A DNA stretch of 64,000 bases, from positions 457-64,456 of the forward strand of contig JAOABV010000001.1 in NCBI GenBank assembly GCA_026418155.1, read 5' to 3'. Positions within the stretch are counted from its first letter, which is position 1; every line of letters starts with the position of its first letter. The notes under the pieces are model-generated. The model saw only the letters and a list, made by a program, of their open reading frames with translations. It did no database searches and was not told the origin of the DNA. This document shows positions 63,393 to 64,000 of this stretch, piece by piece. Source of the DNA: a candidate division WOR-3 bacterium. Lineage in GTDB: Bacteria; Hydrothermota; Tepidihabitantia; Tepidihabitantales; CAIPLT01. A program made the translations under genes and the position numbers.

Positions 63393-63547
63393 ATTCATAC
63401 AGAGAGACTAAAAATATTAAGTCTTGTAACAGCCGATGGCGACAGTAAAACTAAACCCAGAAATATTTTTGCTTAATTTTTATGATCTGGTTTTTGATTT
63501 CAATTAAAATGAAGAGGACCGCTATTTAATTTTTATATTAAATCAAT

Positions 63548-63641
63548 GGCGGAGGCGTGTAGGAATCGAACCTACCGTTCTTCTTTCGAAGAACACCTGG
63601 ATTTGAAGTCCAGTAGGCACACCAGCACCTATCCGCCTCCA
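63548..63641 (-). tRNA. selC: tRNA-Sec (anticodon UCA), selC
   Basis: Reverse complement GGAGGCGG-ATAGGTGCTGGTGTGCCTA-CTGGACTTCAAATCCAG-GTGTTCTTCGAAAGAAGAACG-GTAGGTTCGATTCCTAC-ACGCCTCC-G-CCA; anticodon arm identical to E. coli selC; 8-nt acceptor strands, long variable arm, encoded CCA. Confidence 0.85.
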
Positions 63642-63809
63642 ATAGTTCCATATAAAATATAATAAAATTTTAGAGAATACGCAAGTAAAATTAAAAAAGG
63701 CAGTGTCAAGCTTTTAATGTGGTTTCTCTTTACTTCCATAAAGACTTGTCTTATATTGTTGGTTTAGCATATTGACAGGAAGGTTTAATTTTTTATATAA
63801 TTAATTTAT

Positions 63810-64000
63810 GGAAGGATAGGTCGGGCGGTCGCTCTAATTCTTACGATTGTAAGAGTTAGGGAGGAAAGTCCGAACTCATCCAGACAAAGTGCTTGCTAAC
63901 CGCAAGACATGGTTTTTGTGAAAAAACCATGATGGAAAGTGTCACAGAAACAATACCGCCCAACACGGGTACGCCCGAATTGGACTATCCCGCTTTGGGT
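63810..64000 (+). ncRNA. rnpB: RNase P RNA (bacterial type A), 5' portion; runs off the window end
   Basis: P4 strand GGGAGGAAAGUCCGAACUC (cf. GAGGAAAGUCCGGGCUCC), P3 hairpin CUUACGAUUGUAAG, upstream TTGACA-17/18-TATAAT at 63772-63801. Confidence 0.7.

Overview
This is an AT-rich (~33% GC) chromosomal window. It has Shine-Dalgarno sites, canonical sigma70-type promoters (TTGACA-17-TATAAT), and three secreted proteins carrying Bacteroidetes-style type IX secretion (T9SS) C-terminal sorting domains, which points to a non-Bacteroidia member of the FCB superphylum. No phylum can be assigned from sequence alone.

Gene content in order:
- A Pho super-locus: phoB/phoR-like two-component system, arsC, an outer-membrane porin, pstS-pstC-pstA-pstB-phoU.
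- Two T9SS cargo genes (a lamin-tail-domain protein and an M14 carboxypeptidase).
- comM/yifB, yraN, rnhB, rplS, trmD, a KH-domain protein and rpsP (a block lacking rimM).
- rmuC.
- The conserved recR-ybaB-dnaX block, with a long-form SRP RNA (ffs) immediately upstream of dnaX.
- A substrate-binding protein gene, a TPR gene, htpX, lemA.
- A frameshifted IS481/IS3-like insertion sequence.
- pepP, efp, accC without accB, a TPR-plus-unknowns cluster, nnr, a metallophosphoesterase, argF, an orphan hslU.
- An ABC-2 exporter and a third T9SS cargo gene (beta-propeller protein).
- A cysK-like gene with a Cys-rich C-terminal tail.
- The chromosomal origin: dnaA flanked on both sides by DnaA-box clusters.
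- An orphan hypF preceded, two genes upstream in the same orientation, by a carbamate kinase gene.
- The selenocysteine machinery selA-selB-tRNA-Sec (anticodon UCA), followed by the 5' part of RNase P RNA.

The most unusual sequence-level feature is a recurring pattern seen at at least nine gene junctions: short, decayed tandem duplications of 30-110 bp that span stop or start codons. These are the 3' ends of phoR, pstC, efp, selA, the TPR gene and a hypothetical gene, and the 5' ends of selA, nnr and a secreted-protein gene.

There are also two GC-rich copies of a ~170-bp element downstream of T9SS cargo genes, a dispersed ~70-bp repeat family at four loci, and a 3x ~129-bp array of 21-bp palindromes.

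No selenoprotein gene, selD, hydrogenase structural genes or hslV lie in this window.
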